Assembly: GCA_965213925.1 (NCBI GenBank)
Contig: OZ243927.1
Coordinates: forward strand, 3,264,001-3,328,000
Direction of reading: 5' to 3'
Length of the DNA stretch: 64,000 nt
Source of the DNA: Trueperaceae bacterium
GTDB taxonomy: Bacteria; Deinococcota; Deinococci; Deinococcales; Trueperaceae
Shown piece after piece: positions 40,074 to 50,401 of the stretch. The notes under the pieces are model-generated. The model had not been told where the DNA came from. It made no database searches and worked only from the letters and a program-made list of their open reading frames with translations. Position numbers and translations under genes: made by a program. Positions within the stretch are counted from its first letter, which is position 1. Each line of letters begins with the position of its first letter.

Positions 40074-41426
40074 GTGGCTAAGGTCACCACAACCTATGTA
40101 TGTAGCGAGTGCGGCACCCAGTCGCCCGTACAGATGGGCAAGTGTCCGCGCTGCGGCGCGTGGGGCAGCATGGAGCCTAAGCTCGAGCGTCCCAACCCAA
40201 CCTCAGCAGGCAAGGCGCGCAGCGCCCTCTACAGCGCCACTGTACAAAGCCTCGCCGAGGTTGAAAGTACGGACGCGCTCCGCTCCAGCTCCGGTTTAGA
40301 TGAGGTCGACCGCGTCTTGGGCGGCGGTTGGGTCGCGGGCGCGGTACTCCTCCTCGCGGGAGAGCCGGGTATCGGCAAGTCCACGCTGCTCTTACAGCTT
40401 TCGCACGCTTCGGTGCGGCAAGCGAGAGAGACGCTCTATGTGGCGGGCGAAGAGTCGCTCGCACAGGTCAAGCTGCGCGCGGAGCGTTTAGGGGTGGATA
40501 CCTCTTTGCAACTCACCCGCGAGACGGACGCTCGCGTCCTCGCTGAGCATCTGCGCACGGCTAAGCCACGCCTCGTCATCGTGGATTCCATCCAAACCCT
40601 TTTAGCGGACGACAGCGGCACGCCCGGCAGCTTGAGCCAGGTGCGCGACGCCACCGCTCTCCTGACCCAAGCAGCGAAAGAGGCGCAGAGCACCCTCGTG
40701 CTGATAGGACACGTCACCAAACAGGGCAGCATCGCTGGACCCAAAGTCATCGAACACATGGTGGACGCGACCCTGGCGTTAGAGAGCGCGTCAGGTTTCC
40801 GCGTCTTACGAGCCCTCAAGAACCGCTTTGGACCCGCCGGCGAGATGGGCGTCTTCGAGATGACCCACGACGGGATGACGCCCGTGGCGAACCCATCCGA
40901 GGCGTTCTTAGCCGAAAGACCGCTCGGTGTGCCAGGCTCCGCTGTCGTCGCAGCGTTGGAGGGACAGCGCCCACTTCTCCTAGAAGTGCAAGCCCTCGCC
41001 GCTAAGTCGCCGTACGCCTCGCCCCGGCGCATCGTGCAGGGGCTCGACCAGCGGCGCGTGGACGTGGTGTTGGCGGTGTTAGAAAGGCGGCTCGAGCTTC
41101 CCCTAGCAGGCTTAGATATCTACGTCAACGTCGCGGGCGGCTTGCGCCTCACCGATCCCGGCACGGACCTCGCCGTAGCTTTAGCGGTCTACTCCGCTGT
41201 CACCAACCGCACCGTCCCCGAAGGTACGGCGGTGGTGGGCGAAGTCGGCTTGGCGGGCGAGTTGCGCAGCGTATCCCAGCTCGTGCGGCGCGTTACGGAG
41301 GCGTCCAAGGCGAACTTCCCGCGCTTTATCGGTCCGCCCTCGTACGATGTTGGGACGGACAAGCGCAGCGGGGTTGTCGGCGTGGATTCGCTCGCGGCGG
41401 CGCTCAAAGCGGCGTGGGAGGCTTAA
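40074..41426 (+). CDS. radA: DNA repair protein RadA/Sms
   Basis: C4 zinc finger, GEPGIGKST, KNRFG, Lon-like C-terminus. Confidence 0.97.
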   Translation: MAKVTTTYVCSECGTQSPVQMGKCPRCGAWGSMEPKLERPNPTSAGKARSALYSATVQSLAEVESTDALRSSSGLDEVDRVLGGGWVAGAVLLLAGEPGIGKSTLLLQLSHASVRQARETLYVAGEESLAQVKLRAERLGVDTSLQLTRETDARVLAEHLRTAKPRLVIVDSIQTLLADDSGTPGSLSQVRDATALLTQAAKEAQSTLVLIGHVTKQGSIAGPKVIEHMVDATLALESASGFRVLRALKNRFGPAGEMGVFEMTHDGMTPVANPSEAFLAERPLGVPGSAVVAALEGQRPLLLEVQALAAKSPYASPRRIVQGLDQRRVDVVLAVLERRLELPLAGLDIYVNVAGGLRLTDPGTDLAVALAVYSAVTNRTVPEGTAVVGEVGLAGELRSVSQLVRRVTEASKANFPRFIGPPSYDVGTDKRSGVVGVDSLAAALKAAWEA

Positions 41427-41490
41427 AGACAGGTGTACTATTACTATTTTTGCACCGTTTCCAGGGTCCTATCCTGTATGGTAGTGGGCG

Positions 41491-42543
41491 ATGTACCTTC
41501 TAGCTAGAGGTCTTCTCAGTCTTTTGGGCGCGGTGGCGGGGCTTGTACTCGCGCAGTGGCTCGCGGATAGAGAGGTCTTGAGCGGTCCTATCAACCTCGT
41601 CTACCTCACGCTAGCGGGTCTGCTTATCGGCTACCTCGTCAGCCCGCCCGTTGCGCGGCGTTGGGTTGTGGTTTGGCAACGTCTGTCGGGGCGCGTCAAG
41701 CGCATCCCGCCGGACGCCATCCTCGCGGCGGGCGTCGGCGCGACGGTAGCGCTCCTCATCACCGTGTTGCTCAACAGCGTTTTAGAGTCTATCCCCGGTT
41801 TTACCTGGTACTTCTCGCTCCTGCTCGCGCTCGTGCTCGTTACGGCGTCGTCGTGGTTCTTCGTGGTGAACCGGCAACTTTTTGCGGGGCAGCGGCTGCC
41901 CCCGCCTGCCACCTCTTCTGCTCCAACGCAACCATCCGCCAGCACCTTCGCCAAAGTGGTGGACACCTCCGCTATCATCGACGGGCGCATCGTGGACGTC
42001 GCCGAAGCCAACTTCATCGACAGCCGCCTCCTCATCCCTCACTTCGTCTTAGGCGAACTGCAGCACATCGCCGACTCCGACGACCCTTTACGCCGCAAAC
42101 GCGGACGAAGAGGTCTGGACATGCTCGACCGGCTCGTGCAGGGGCGCAGCGTCAGCGCGGAGGTGGTGAACGACGACTTTGCAGACGTGCCCGAAGTGGA
42201 CGCCAAGCTCGTCAAGCTCTGCCTAGAGAGAGGCGCGGACCTCATCACCACGGACTTCAACCTCAACCGCGTCGCCGCGCTGCAAGGCGTCAAGGTTTTG
42301 AACGTCAACCAACTCGCCAACGCCGTCAAAGCGAGTTATCTGCCGGGCGAACTGCTCGCTTTGCACATCGTCCGGGCAGGGCGTGAGCCGGGGCAGGGGC
42401 TCGCCTACTTAGAAGACGGCACGATGGTGGTGGTGGAAGATTCGGCGCACCTTGTGGGGAATACGGTGCAGACTGTGGTGACGAGCAACTTGCAGACCAA
42501 TATGGGCAGGATGATTTTTGCGCGGATGCAAGAGGATAATTGA
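41491..42543 (+). CDS. PIN/TRAM domain membrane protein (YacL-like)
   Basis: TM N-terminus, VDTSAIIDGRI, RGRRGL, TDFNL, YLEDGTMVVVE. Confidence 0.93.
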   Translation: MYLLARGLLSLLGAVAGLVLAQWLADREVLSGPINLVYLTLAGLLIGYLVSPPVARRWVVVWQRLSGRVKRIPPDAILAAGVGATVALLITVLLNSVLESIPGFTWYFSLLLALVLVTASSWFFVVNRQLFAGQRLPPPATSSAPTQPSASTFAKVVDTSAIIDGRIVDVAEANFIDSRLLIPHFVLGELQHIADSDDPLRRKRGRRGLDMLDRLVQGRSVSAEVVNDDFADVPEVDAKLVKLCLERGADLITTDFNLNRVAALQGVKVLNVNQLANAVKASYLPGELLALHIVRAGREPGQGLAYLEDGTMVVVEDSAHLVGNTVQTVVTSNLQTNMGRMIFARMQEDN

Positions 42544-42547
42544 AGAC

Positions 42548-42985
42548 TCAAAGACTTGCTTTGTAAACCATGTTAATTTTCGTCTCGTTGCGCTCCGTAA
42601 TGACAAAACCTAAACGTTCGTAAAGGGCTCGAGCAGGATTTGTCCGCAGCACGCTCAACCTCAAAGACTTACCCTTTACACGCGCCTCTCGTATGATCGA
42701 ATGGACTACCTCAGAGCCAATACCTCGATTTTGATAAGCGGGCAATATGGCGATGTAAGCTAAGAAAAGGTGATCGGATTTCTCGTCTACCGTGAGCCTA
42801 CCTATGGGCTCGCCGCTCACAAGGATAAGGCGTGAATTTTCAATGTCGAGCGTCTTAGCAAAGTGATCTCGCTGCCACGTCTCATCCCACCCCCAGATTG
42901 GCTCAACATAGTCCCTCAAAGCAGCTTTATGTAGATCGAAAAACCAAGCCAGATTATTCGCTGTTGCTGGGACCAATCGAAACAC
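42548..42985 (-). CDS. GNAT acetyltransferase
   Basis: YQNRGIGS, NPARALYERLGF. Confidence 0.9.
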   Translation of the reverse strand: MFRLVPATANNLAWFFDLHKAALRDYVEPIWGWDETWQRDHFAKTLDIENSRLILVSGEPIGRLTVDEKSDHLFLAYIAILPAYQNRGIGSEVVHSIIREARVKGKSLRLSVLRTNPARALYERLGFVITERNETKINMVYKASL

Positions 42986-43003
42986 GGTCTGAACAGCCTC
43001 TAA

Positions 43004-43579
43004 CTAACGCTTACTCGGGCCCACCGGCACCGCAATCCTATACACGACCTCTTCAAGCACATTACCCGCCATCCCCTCGTCTACTCCTTCTGCAAAGATA
43101 ACGCCGCCCAAAGATTCGGGAATCTTGCGGCTCGGCAGGTTGCGCTTATCCACGGGATAGATGAACGACTCGAGCCTCATCCTCTCCTGCGCCCATAGCG
43201 CGAGGGTGCGAATCGCCTCTCGCCCCAACCCTCTACCGTGCGCCGACCTCTTGAGCCAGATACCGAACTCGGGGTTTTTCACGCCGCTACGCCCATGCAA
43301 GCCGCAGCAGCCGAGAAATTCGTCCGTTTGCTTGTCCAAGATGACGAAGACGAGGTTGTCTGCTCTACCGAATCCCTCTAAGCTCGAGTCGATAAACGCT
43401 CGCGTCTCTTCGATGGTATCGGCAGCTTTTGGAATCATGTACGTCGCGATGTCGCTCGTAAATTCCTCGAAGATGTTTTGCTCATAGGCTCTCGAAATAC
43501 TGACCAAGCGGACGCGCTCGCCCTCGATAGAGAGGTTAGCTAGGTCAGGTTGAGTGCCGATAAATTCGAACTTAGTCAT
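43004..43579 (-). CDS. GNAT acetyltransferase (RimJ/RimL-like)
   Basis: EFGIWL..AHGRGLGREA, NLPSRKI. Confidence 0.88.
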   Translation of the reverse strand: MTKFEFIGTQPDLANLSIEGERVRLVSISRAYEQNIFEEFTSDIATYMIPKAADTIEETRAFIDSSLEGFGRADNLVFVILDKQTDEFLGCCGLHGRSGVKNPEFGIWLKRSAHGRGLGREAIRTLALWAQERMRLESFIYPVDKRNLPSRKIPESLGGVIFAEGVDEGMAGNVLEEVVYRIAVPVGPSKR

Positions 43580-43617
43580 CAGTTTAATTTAGCAATCTGG
43601 GGTTTGGTAACACTGAG

Positions 43618-43824
43618 TTAAGCGGCGGTGGAATCAGGCGGCACAGCCTCGAGCAGGGCTCGCAGGGCTTTATTGACCGATTCGGACGTTTTGAACACTT
43701 TCGATAAGTCTTCGTCGAGCACAACCACGGTGCGTTCACCTACGGCGAAACGGTTGGGTTTGGCGTTGCTGTAGTCAAACTCGTATTCGGGTAAAAGGTC
43801 ATCTTTGTCAGAAGGCGTGTTCAT
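43618..43824 (-). CDS. BrnA-like antitoxin
   Basis: DDLLPEYEFDYS..PNRF..VNKALR; directly downstream of brnT-like gene. Confidence 0.75.
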   Translation of the reverse strand: MNTPSDKDDLLPEYEFDYSNAKPNRFAVGERTVVVLDEDLSKVFKTSESVNKALRALLEAVPPDSTAA

Positions 43825-44084
43825 AGTCCTTTCTCTCGTTTCGCGTGGCTTTCCTTGCGCTGATAATACGGATTCGCTTTTAAGCGTTCAGTAAAGCTAA
43901 CGAGTAGCAAACGACCTTTCTGAGAATGACCGATGATGATTTCGCGGTTTTCCTCGTCCGAGTGCGCTTCGTCGCTAAAAATAACGGCTAGAGGATTGAA
44001 AAAGACAGACTTAGCTTCTTCAAAACTGACATCGTGTTTAGCCTGATTGGACGTTGCTTTACCGTCGTCCCACTCGAATTCCAC
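43808..44084 (-). pseudogene. brnT: BrnT family toxin, frameshifted near 43872
   Basis: EFEWDDGKATSNQAKHDVSFEEA; conserved IRIISARKAT tail lies in the +1 frame. Confidence 0.85.
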
Positions 44085-44132
44085 AACAGTATTATAACGC
44101 CCAGGTGCGAAGTTGGAAGAAGTTGCGCTCAA

Positions 44133-44489
44133 CTAGCGCTCGCTCGAGCCCTCCTCGACCTCTTCAAGTTCACCAGGCTCACCCTCCAGACTCGCCATCT
44201 CCTCCAAAAGCACGTCCAACTCTTCCCCTTCATAGTCTGTCACGGTCTCCGCGATGAGGTCTAGCGCGGCTTGCGCTTGCGCTTCGGGTACGAGCACGAG
44301 CGTTGTCTCGGTTGTATAGGCACCGAGAGACGCCAGCATGTCCGCTGCCACCCCTCCCGCGCCGCGCACCATCGCCACAAAGCCCTCTTCCTCTAAAATC
44401 GCCGCGACCATCTCGGCAAGAGGTTCGGCGGGCGCAACGTCTACCACCGTCCAGGTGTCGCCGTTGATGAGCGTGCTCTCCCCTTTCAC
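44133..44489 (-). CDS. DUF2007-like putative signal-transducing protein
   Basis: AEMVAAILEEEGF..LVPEAQAQAA. Confidence 0.7.
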   Translation of the reverse strand: MKGESTLINGDTWTVVDVAPAEPLAEMVAAILEEEGFVAMVRGAGGVAADMLASLGAYTTETTLVLVPEAQAQAALDLIAETVTDYEGEELDVLLEEMASLEGEPGELEEVEEGSSER

Positions 44490-45634
44490 GCTTTACCCAT
44501 ATACGCGCGAACGAGCGCGGCGTACCCTTTGCGGGCGACGCGCAGATGCTCCAGCGGGATACTCTCTTGCGTCGTGTGCGCGAGTTCTTCTTCGCCGGGA
44601 CCGAAGCCGACGACGACCGCGCCCATCTTGGCCAAGTGCGGCGCGTCCGTACCGAACCACCAGCTCGACTCGTCGTACTGGGCGTCTTCATCCGCCAAGA
44701 CCTCTTTCAACACCTGCCGCGCCGTATTGACGTGCGCGTTTTCGCCCGGCGCGAGGTAGGGCGGGATGATGCGCGGGAACGCGTAGCGGACCTCTTCGCT
44801 TTCGCTCACGGCGTTCTCGGTGGGGATGTGGAAGCTCGCGTCGGGCTCTAAAGCTTGCAAGCGCTTCAAGACCGCTTCGGGCTCGTCGTCGGGGAGGTTG
44901 CGGTAGTCAATCGTCAGTTCGGCGCGTCCCGGCACGACATTTTTACCGTCTTGTGGGTAAGAGGTGAGATGGGTAGGCGTGAGCGTGGAGGAGCCCAAGG
45001 GACCGCCGGAGGGTAGCTCGAGCCCCTCTAAGCGCGTCAAGAGGTGTGAGGCGTGGTAGAGCGCGTTGTCGCCGAGTTCATTTTTCGCCGCGTGCGCGAT
45101 TTTGCCAGGCAGCTTGACCTCGACTTCGACGCGCCCGCGGTGCCCTAGCATCAGCCGCAGCTTGCTCGGCTCGCCTAAAATCACCACGTCGGCTTGCACC
45201 GTCTCACCCAAAAAGCGTGCGCCTAAGCCGCCGACCTCTTCTTGCACCACGCCTGTGACCATCAGCGTGCCTCCAATCTCGTCAGCGACGTCTTTCGCCG
45301 CGTAGACCATGCACGCCAATGCGGACTTCATGTCACACGCGCCGCGCCCCCACATGCGCCCGTCTTTGACTTCACCCGACAGGGGCGGATGCGGCCACAA
45401 TTCCTCGTCACCCAAAGGTACGGTGTCGATGTGACCGTTCAGCATGACCGTAGGACCGTCGCCGCGCCGCAGCGTGCCGATGGCATTGCCCGCGTTGTCG
45501 ATATACGCCTCGTCGAAACCTAGCGACTCAAAGGCTTCGATAAGGACCTGCGCGGCAGGGGATTCTTTACCCGAGGGACTCGCCGCCTGGACGAGTTTTT
45601 GTGCCAACTGGAGTTCAGCATTTGACGTTGTCAT
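44486..45634 (-). CDS. M20 metallopeptidase/deacylase (ArgE/DapE/YgeY-like)
   Basis: GHIDTV, GRGACDMK, QEE, GEP, GTDA, AHT. Confidence 0.9.
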   Translation of the reverse strand: MTTSNAELQLAQKLVQAASPSGKESPAAQVLIEAFESLGFDEAYIDNAGNAIGTLRRGDGPTVMLNGHIDTVPLGDEELWPHPPLSGEVKDGRMWGRGACDMKSALACMVYAAKDVADEIGGTLMVTGVVQEEVGGLGARFLGETVQADVVILGEPSKLRLMLGHRGRVEVEVKLPGKIAHAAKNELGDNALYHASHLLTRLEGLELPSGGPLGSSTLTPTHLTSYPQDGKNVVPGRAELTIDYRNLPDDEPEAVLKRLQALEPDASFHIPTENAVSESEEVRYAFPRIIPPYLAPGENAHVNTARQVLKEVLADEDAQYDESSWWFGTDAPHLAKMGAVVVGFGPGEEELAHTTQESIPLEHLRVARKGYAALVRAYMGKA

Positions 45635-45703
45635 GCGCCCATCATACGAGAAAAATCCTGTGTTAGCTCCCGCAGCGAAGTAACGGTGTGTCATAGTGGG
45701 GTC

Positions 45704-46672
45704 ATGTCTGAGCACACGTCTTACCGGCGTATCCTTGCAATCATCAACCCTGTGTCGGGGCTGCAAGACCCCGACGATACCGAAGCGGTGCTCAACGAGC
45801 GGGCGCGAGAGGCTGGCGTTGACCTGGAGATTCGCCGCACGCAGGGGGACGGGGACGCCCTGAAGTGGGCTAAAGGAGCCGAACGTGAGGGCTTCGATTT
45901 GGTACTTGCCTCGGGCGGTGACGGCACCATTGTCGAGGCGATTACAGGGCTCGTTAAGAGCAAAAGCAATATTCCGCTCGCGCAGCTTCCTACAGGTACG
46001 GCGAGCCTCATCGCGCAGGCGCTCGGCATCTCGCGCAACTTAGATAAAGCTGTCGAGGTCATCTTTGGCGACCAGAGCAAGACCGTTGACCTAGATGTAG
46101 GCTACTTACCCCAGCATGACCGCTACTTCGCCCTCATCATCGGCGCAGGCTACGACGCGCGCATCATCGAGGACTCGCCGCGCGGCTTGAAGCGGCGGCT
46201 CGGTTTCATCGCCTACGTGCTCGTCGGCATCAAGCAACTTTTCAGCCTGCGCAAGACGAACATCACCTTGGAGATCGACGGCGAAGTCAAGAAGGTGCAG
46301 GCGCATACGGCGATGATCGTGAACGTCGGACGCATCGACGACGCGAACGTCATGTTAGGTCCCAACATCTGGCACCACGACGGCACGCTCGACGTGGTTG
46401 TGGTCGCCTCGGTCGGGCTGCGCGACATCTTGCGGCTCACCTGGCGCGTGCTGCGCGGCGACTTCTCCAACTACCGCGACCTGCGTTACTACAAGGGGCA
46501 TAAAATACGCATCAGCGCCGAAACGCCGCTGCCCACGCAAATCGACGGCGACCCTTTGGGGCAGACGCCCTTAGAAGTCGAGGTCGTGCCGAACGGCGTC
46601 AAGATGCTCGTGCCTGACCATTACGAGCCCAGAGCGGGCGCAGAAGAGGCAGTTCGCCAGGCGGCTGACTAA
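45704..46672 (+). CDS. Diacylglycerol/lipid kinase family protein
   Basis: NPVSG, GGDGT, LPTGT, QIDGD. Confidence 0.92.
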   Translation: MSEHTSYRRILAIINPVSGLQDPDDTEAVLNERAREAGVDLEIRRTQGDGDALKWAKGAEREGFDLVLASGGDGTIVEAITGLVKSKSNIPLAQLPTGTASLIAQALGISRNLDKAVEVIFGDQSKTVDLDVGYLPQHDRYFALIIGAGYDARIIEDSPRGLKRRLGFIAYVLVGIKQLFSLRKTNITLEIDGEVKKVQAHTAMIVNVGRIDDANVMLGPNIWHHDGTLDVVVVASVGLRDILRLTWRVLRGDFSNYRDLRYYKGHKIRISAETPLPTQIDGDPLGQTPLEVEVVPNGVKMLVPDHYEPRAGAEEAVRQAAD

Positions 46673-47001
46673 GGACCTTCTGTTTCCGTCGGTCCCGACC
46701 AACGGTAGCGCTCCAGGTCGCAGCGTCCTTCCCGGTCGAAAGTGACGCCCTCGGATTCCAAAAGCGCCCGCTGCAACTCGCCCGCGCCGACCTTATACGT
46801 CGAGATGCCGCCCTGCGCGTTGATGACGCGCTGCCAGGGCACTTCGTTTTCACGTAAACCGTGCAACACGCCGCCAACTTGCCGCGCCGCTCTGGGACTG
46901 CCCGCTAGAAGGGCGATTTGCCCGTATGTCGCCACCTTGCCCTTTGGCACGGCACATACGAGCGCGATGACCCGTTCGCGAAAGCTTGCTGCCTTTTGCA
47001 C
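46669..47001 (-). CDS. Alkyltransferase-like protein (ATL, MGMT family)
   Basis: TYGQIA, ARQVG, PWQRV (Trp in place of the catalytic Cys). Confidence 0.9.
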   Translation of the reverse strand: MQKAASFRERVIALVCAVPKGKVATYGQIALLAGSPRAARQVGGVLHGLRENEVPWQRVINAQGGISTYKVGAGELQRALLESEGVTFDREGRCDLERYRWSGPTETEGP

Positions 47002-47111
47002 ACCTTCACCTTAACGCATTCTCTTCGGCGCGTCGCTTCAGGGCTCGAGAACGCGCCACACCACGCATTTTTACCCTTAACGTGCGCGTCATAATGGAGG
47101 TGGAGGGCAAG

Positions 47112-47363
47112 ATGATACAAACACTCATAGGCGTCGCCGTTCTTCTCGTCGGCGGCTACTTTCTCTTCCTCGGCGTTCGCCGCAGCACGCATGAGGGCGC
47201 GGACCAACAAAAAGGCTTTCTAGGACGCTTTGGCACGTTGATGGTGGGCATTCTCATCGTCCTCGTCGGAATCGCGCTCGTGGTACCCGCTCAAAACTCC
47301 GAGCCCGTGCCGGACAGCGAGACCCCTAACTCTAGCCTCGAGCTAAACTCACCTTTCACCTAA
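47112..47363 (+). CDS. Small two-TM membrane protein
   Basis: GGAGG RBS, two hydrophobic segments. Confidence 0.7.
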   Translation: MIQTLIGVAVLLVGGYFLFLGVRRSTHEGADQQKGFLGRFGTLMVGILIVLVGIALVVPAQNSEPVPDSETPNSSLELNSPFT

Positions 47364-47364
47364 G

Positions 47365-47544
47365 ATGATTCCCGAGCGCGTCCTCTTCGTCAGCTCACTT
47401 ATTTTCTTAGTCGGCGTTTTGATGGTCACGCTGGCTATCTTCGAAGGCGTGAGGGAGCGCTACCCTAAAATCATCCTGCACGGCTTTTTGCTCGCTATCT
47501 CGAGCTTTGTTATCGTCGCCGTGTCCGCGTTCCTTTCCGTTTAG
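47365..47544 (+). CDS. 59-aa two-TM membrane protein (below ORF-track cutoff)
   Basis: ATG 1 nt after upstream stop; MIPERVLFVSSLIFLVGVLMVTLAIFEGVRERYPKIILHGFLLAISSFVIVAVSAFLSV. Confidence 0.65.
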   Translation: MIPERVLFVSSLIFLVGVLMVTLAIFEGVRERYPKIILHGFLLAISSFVIVAVSAFLSV

Positions 47545-47680
47545 CCGTTCCACCTCGGTATTCTCAGATAGGGCGGCATTGTCGGATAAGGCGCATTGTC
47601 AGATAAGGCGAAGTCACGCCCCGCTTAGAGGACTACGCTAGAGAGGTCAACACTATTACGCACTTTTTCAAGGGGGGACT

Positions 47681-48223
47681 GTGATGAACCAGCCAACGCC
47701 GCGTCAGGAAGCGCCTGACCTCTCGTTCAATCTCGTTAGCGGTGAGACGTGGAACCTGAGCGACCAGTCGCCTGAGGCTTTTACGATGATCATCTTTTAC
47801 CGCGGCCTACACTGCCCGGTCTGCAAAGGCTATTCGCAGAAGGCGCAGAACTTGCTGAGCGACTATAAGGAGCGCGGCGTCGAGGTCGTCACGGTCAGTA
47901 TGGACGACGAGGACCGCGCCAAGAAGACGGCTGACGAGTGGGAGCTTAACGACTTAAAGGTCGGTTACGGGCTCAGCGAAGCGCAAGCGCAAGCCTGGGG
48001 GCTCTACTTCAGCGAAGGCATCAAAGACCCCGAACCCGACCTCTTTAGCGAGCCGGGGCTCTTTTTAGTACGCCCAAACGGGGAACTTTATTACGCCGCA
48101 GTCAACAGTATGCCCTTCGGCAGACCTGACCTAAATGAGATGCTTAAAGCGGTTGACTTTGTGCAGGAGAAGGATTATCCGGCGAGGGGTGAGGCTGAAC
48201 TGGGAGCTGTTGCAACCAACTAA
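47681..48223 (+). CDS. Peroxiredoxin-like AhpC/TSA family protein
   Basis: FYRGLHCPVC, FSEPGLFLV, MPFGRP. Confidence 0.9.
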   Translation: MMNQPTPRQEAPDLSFNLVSGETWNLSDQSPEAFTMIIFYRGLHCPVCKGYSQKAQNLLSDYKERGVEVVTVSMDDEDRAKKTADEWELNDLKVGYGLSEAQAQAWGLYFSEGIKDPEPDLFSEPGLFLVRPNGELYYAAVNSMPFGRPDLNEMLKAVDFVQEKDYPARGEAELGAVATN

Positions 48224-48409
48224 ACAACGCTCGAGTAAGGCCCTAAATGATGAACGATTCCATACTTAATTTTGAATGAGTACTTAGAAGAGCACGACCT
48301 CACCGCTTATAAACTGGCGCAGAAAACAGAAGGTCAAAGCCAACGTTCTGTACATCCTCCACAATCTCATGCTAAACTCACCTCAGCTAAACACTTTGAG
48401 GAGAGTTAC

Positions 48410-48826
48410 ATGAAGCGACTTTACGCCCTGTCTCTGACCTTTGTTCTAACCGTTTTAGCTGCGTGTGCCCCCGCCGCAGGTCGCCCCGCAATCCCTTATG
48501 TAGCTCAGTCATCTGACATTGTTGGCGCAGCCGCACAGTTCGGTCCGCAGCTCAGACCGGGCGGCGCATATAACTTTTTGAGCATTGAAACTATCGGGGA
48601 TAATTTTATCACCTTATCCGCAGATCAGACGACAGGCTCACAGATTTTAGGAGCGCTAGGTGGAAACAGTTCCACAACAATTCGCATTACGTTGACGACA
48701 GTGCAAAGCGGCGAGGTGACACAGGTTGCCATAAGTGGATTACCTAGAGGTAATTCCATTGCAAACAGAACACTCGACACTGTTATTCAGGAGCTAGACA
48801 GCCGTTTTCAGCGGGCTCCTCAGTAA
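48410..48826 (+). CDS. Hypothetical lipoprotein
   Basis: GAGGAG RBS, lipobox LAAC; lower GC. Confidence 0.75.
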   Translation: MKRLYALSLTFVLTVLAACAPAAGRPAIPYVAQSSDIVGAAAQFGPQLRPGGAYNFLSIETIGDNFITLSADQTTGSQILGALGGNSSTTIRITLTTVQSGEVTQVAISGLPRGNSIANRTLDTVIQELDSRFQRAPQ

Positions 48827-48859
48827 ATTTGGACAAAGCCTCTAAATGCAATCTTGTTC

Positions 48860-48890
48860 AGTGCGGAAGGATAAACTTCCGCACTTTCTC
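48860..48890 (+). terminator. Intrinsic terminator
   Basis: AGTGCGGAAG-GATAAA-CTTCCGCACT followed by TTCT. Confidence 0.7.
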
Positions 48891-48990
48891 TATCTTCAAC
48901 CTCTTGCTACCTCTTTCTCGTACGGCTCTGCTAAACTACTAAAACAATGAACGACGCTTTACCTACTCAACAAACGAAACGAGCAGCCGC

Positions 48991-50325
48991 GTGAGAGCTT
49001 CCGTCATCACCTACGGCTGCCAGATGAACGAATATGACACCCACACCATCACCTCTGAGCTGGTGGCGGGCGGGCATCAGCTCGTAGACAGCCCGCAAGA
49101 CGCCAACCTCATCATCTTGAATACGTGCGCGGTGCGCGGCAAGCCCGTCGAGAAGGTCGTGACACTTTTAGGCGAACTGCGCAAAGAGAAGCGGGCAGGG
49201 CGCGACTTGACAGTAGGTCTCATGGGCTGCTTGGCGCAGTTAGACGAGGGTCAAGAGATCGCCGAGAAGTTCGAGGTGGACATCCTGATCGGTCCCGGCG
49301 CGATCACGGACGTCATCCCGGCGATCGACGCCATCGAAAAGGGACAGGAGCGCTTCCGCTCGTTAGACTTTAGCGACGCGCTCCACGAGGTCATCACGCC
49401 CGCGCCGCACACCTTGACGGGCTTTCTGACCATCATGCGCGGCTGCAACCACCACTGCACGTATTGCATCGTGCCGCAAACCAGAGGTCCCGAGGTGAGC
49501 CGCTCGGTGGAGTCGATCATGACCGAAGCGTTTGCTATGAAAGCGGCGGGCGTCCAGGAGATTTACCTCTTGGGGCAAAACGTCAACTCGTACGGGCTAG
49601 GAAGAGATGACCTGCCCTCCTTTGCCGAGCTGTTGCGCCTCGTCTCGAGCACAGGCATCCCCCGCGTCAAGTTCACTACTTCGCACCCGATGAACTTTAC
49701 CAGCGATGTCATTGACGCGATGGCGGAGACGCCGAACGTTTGCAACTACATCCATTTGCCCGTGCAGTCGGGTAGTGACAAGGTCTTGCGGCGCATGGCG
49801 AGGGAGTACCGCCGCGAACGCTATTTAGACATCATCCGCGAAATTAAAGACAAGGTCGAGGACGTGGTGATTTCTACGGATATCATCGTGGGCTTTCCCG
49901 GCGAGACGGAAGAGGATTTCGAGGGGACCTTGTCGCTTTACGAAGAGGTCCAGTACGACAGCGCGTACATGTTCATGTACTCCGCGCGCCCCGGCACGCC
50001 CTCGTACAAGCACTTTGACGACATGCCGCGCAAGGCGAAGACGGACCGGTTACAGCGTTTGATCGAACGGCAAAAAAGTTGGTCTTACGTCAAGAATCAG
50101 CGGTGGGTAGGGCGCGAGTTGAGAGTTTTAATCCGTGAGCCCGCGACCGATGGCGACTACGTCGTAGGTCACTCCGACCAGAACCACACGGTGTTAGTCC
50201 CGCGAGATCAAGTCAAAGAGATGGGGCTCTATACCGTCAACATTGATACGGCGACGCCACATACCCTTTACGGCACAGCGAAGGGTCACAAGGTCGAGAC
50301 CGTCCCGCTCATGATGGCGGGATGA
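48991..50325 (+). CDS. miaB: tRNA i6A37 methylthiotransferase MiaB
   Basis: [37 protein letters not shown] domain. Confidence 0.97.
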   Translation: MRASVITYGCQMNEYDTHTITSELVAGGHQLVDSPQDANLIILNTCAVRGKPVEKVVTLLGELRKEKRAGRDLTVGLMGCLAQLDEGQEIAEKFEVDILIGPGAITDVIPAIDAIEKGQERFRSLDFSDALHEVITPAPHTLTGFLTIMRGCNHHCTYCIVPQTRGPEVSRSVESIMTEAFAMKAAGVQEIYLLGQNVNSYGLGRDDLPSFAELLRLVSSTGIPRVKFTTSHPMNFTSDVIDAMAETPNVCNYIHLPVQSGSDKVLRRMAREYRRERYLDIIREIKDKVEDVVISTDIIVGFPGETEEDFEGTLSLYEEVQYDSAYMFMYSARPGTPSYKHFDDMPRKAKTDRLQRLIERQKSWSYVKNQRWVGRELRVLIREPATDGDYVVGHSDQNHTVLVPRDQVKEMGLYTVNIDTATPHTLYGTAKGHKVETVPLMMAG

Positions 50326-50401
50326 AGCTGTTGGCTTTTAGCTAAAACCTAATCGCTAACAGCTAAGAGCCCCTGCGAAGCGTTGCAAGCTAGCGACTCT
50401 C

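Noticed and set aside
48947..48994. 15-aa uORF overlapping the miaB start (GTGA)
   Set aside because: Too short to distinguish from chance; MiaB begins naturally at 48991
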